Below, one piece after another: positions 62,401 through 64,000 of a DNA stretch of 64,000 nucleotides. Location: contig CDMY01001019.1 of the NCBI GenBank assembly GCA_001179505.1, forward strand, positions 162,888 to 226,887. The letters are read 5' to 3'. How positions within the stretch are numbered: the first letter of the stretch is position 1; each line of letters opens with the position of its first letter. The position numbers were made by a program, and so were the translations under genes. The stretch comes from Vitrella brassicaformis CCMP3155. Taxonomy: Eukaryota; Protista; Chromerida. The notes beneath the pieces are model-generated. The model searched no databases and had not been told where the DNA came from. It saw nothing but the letters and a program-made list of their open reading frames with translations.

Positions 62401-64000
62401 NNNNNNNNNNNNNNNNNNNNNNNNNNNNNNNNNNNNNNNNNNNNNNNNNNNNNGTGTGTGTGTGTGCGAATGCAGGCGTTAAGTGGTCATTCACTGTGTC
62501 AGGGAAGGACCCTAATGGTGGCTATCCCGGTGCACGCTTATGCGCGGGCAACGACTGGGCCCCAATCGAGCCGAGAGGAGATCGCAGCTTTCCCTTTGTT
62601 TCCGACGATATTGACGAATCGGAAATCGGCCGATGGCCCCCGAAGGGTGCGGCTGGTCAAGTTCCCCTTCCACCCCCTGTGGCTGACATGGAGGAGGGGT
62701 GGTACCAAGCAGCCAACCACACACTCACAGAGAGAGCAGCGTCCACACATCACACGTGAAATGGCTCACCCGTGCAGGTACGAGGCGCCCTACAACTATT
62801 ACAAGACCATCCCCGACCATCTGCCGCGGATGCGGGTTCGGGGGAAGCCCAAGTATGATCAGCTTGCTCCAGGCTATTTCTTCATGTCAAACAAGTAAAC
62901 TGAGACGACACAAACCGCGTGGGCTGGCTGGTGGATGTATGATGATCCGTGGTGGATGTTGCAGCATCTTCGACACGGAACCCTTTGGCCACGTGTGGCA
63001 CCCAGCAGTGATGGTTGTGGACAACCATGGCGATCTTGTCTATCACGAGTACCTGGGACAGCAGAACTCGACGCGGGGAAATGGTGCAAGCGTCATTGAA
63101 ATGTCGCCGAAGATGGGGCTGCTGGTGCAAAAGCCGAGAATGGGCTGCGTGCTCGAGAAAGACCAACACTTCAACTTCGAGCGACGGCATCATCCCGAAC
63201 ATGGTCAGTGAAAGATCTAATCTACGTCAAGACCAAGAGAGACCTCCCTGCCTTTTTTCTCTCCCTTTGTCAGGCTACAAGTGGGACCCACACGACATGC
63301 GGATGAACAAGGAGGGCAATCGGGTCTTTACCATCGACGACCCGCAGCCCATCAATGTGAAGGGCATGTGGGAGGGCGCCCCAGACACCGCAGTCAAAAT
63401 CGTGGGTGCGGTCGTCCAGGAGATCGACCGTCACAACAACGTTGTGATGGAATTTCGCTCGTGGGACCACTTCGAGCTGCCCTGGCTCATCAAGCAGTCA
63501 GATTCCCCATTTGACGATACGCAGAATGAGGAGGAATGGGACCTGATTCATCAGTAAGTGCTTCGAACCAGCCAGGCAACGTGTTGACACATCATTCCCT
63601 CATGTCGGTCTTGTGCTGTGTGGGAAAATGCGCATTCAGGAACTCGGCGGATTTCACGGACGACGCGAGCATCGTCATCAGCTGGAGGCGGCTGAGTGGC
63701 GTGCTGAAGGTCGACAGGGAGACCGGCAATGTTGTGTGGCGGCTGGGGGGCACCACGGCCTTCAACCAGTTCAATTTTACCCAAGACACCGTTCCCAAGG
63801 GCGGTAAGTTAGTCGCGTGGAAATCAGAGATCGTGTTATTATCTGTGTTGATGGTGGGTATTGCATGCAGAGAGCGCAAGGGCATCGTTCTCTGGGCAGC
63901 ATGACGCATCGCTCAAGGGCAACAGGCTGACCGTCTTCGATAATGGCAGCCCGTCCGCAGCGTAAGCAGCGCACCTCAAAACTGAGAGAACCCCGCCATA
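59441..64000 (+). CDS. Secreted arylsulfate sulfotransferase (ASST) with N-terminal bacterial Ig-like domain; runs off window end; exons repeated three times across gaps
   Basis: SP MAIGIALCLFAFFTRHTLA; Ig-like RTLIYKPATPNKPLPRGERVTVLV..WSFTV; ASST motifs WDPHD, VQEID..VVMEFRSWDHF, LIH|QNS, IVISWRR, KVDRETGNVVWRLGG, FSGQHDA, LTVFDNG. Confidence 0.85.
60743..61042. other. Assembly gap (300 N)
   Basis: Run of N. Confidence 1.
62154..62453. other. Assembly gap (300 N)
   Basis: Run of N. Confidence 1.

Larger units (their letters stand above)
59814..63350 (+). repeat. Three near-identical copies of the ASST mid-gene block (starting ~59814, 61043, 62454)
   Basis: Copies differ by a few SNPs and one contig-end indel; separated by 300-N gaps. 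Confidence 0.9.

Noticed and set aside
1-64000. Hundreds of ORF-track entries rich in CVCV/THTH/DGWM/QTDR
   Set aside because: Translations of intronic microsatellites or antisense frames of GC-rich exons, not genes

Overview
Eukaryotic, GC-rich, intron-dense genomic DNA. Introns are about 60-150 nt and packed with (CA)n/(GACA)n/(GGAT)n/(GGGA)n microsatellites. The style and gene content point to a chromerid alga, most likely Vitrella brassicaformis (inference, not verified). Recognisable spliced genes: a MEKK/MAP3K-type kinase, a Patched/NPC1-related sterol-sensing transporter, an EFCAB11-like EF-hand protein, a frameshifted ankyrin gene, an RRM-like protein, a SET+PHD+Tudor-like chromatin protein, a signal-peptide multi-TM protein, a TBC1D23-like TBC-rhodanese-PH protein, NEMF/Rqc2, a CMGC-like kinase apparently lacking its N-lobe, a Zn-lid adenylate kinase, and a secreted bacterial-type Ig-domain arylsulfate sulfotransferase (ASST) repeated across assembly gaps. 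No tRNA, rRNA or CRISPR array was seen. Most interesting: (1) four tiny spliced genes for secreted peptides, linked by a shared SFL / M(A/V)AA(N/S)K pattern or a homologous signal exon, two of them forming a divergent pair; (2) the intron-containing bacterial-type ASST with all catalytic residues; (3) a 1.6-kb non-autonomous TIR element carrying gene-like cargo; (4) a captured junction implying a hidden ~4.3-kb tandem duplication in a 300-N gap; (5) twin GC-AG introns and intact GAP fingers in the TBC1D23-like gene. All gene models were spliced by eye; no database search was run.
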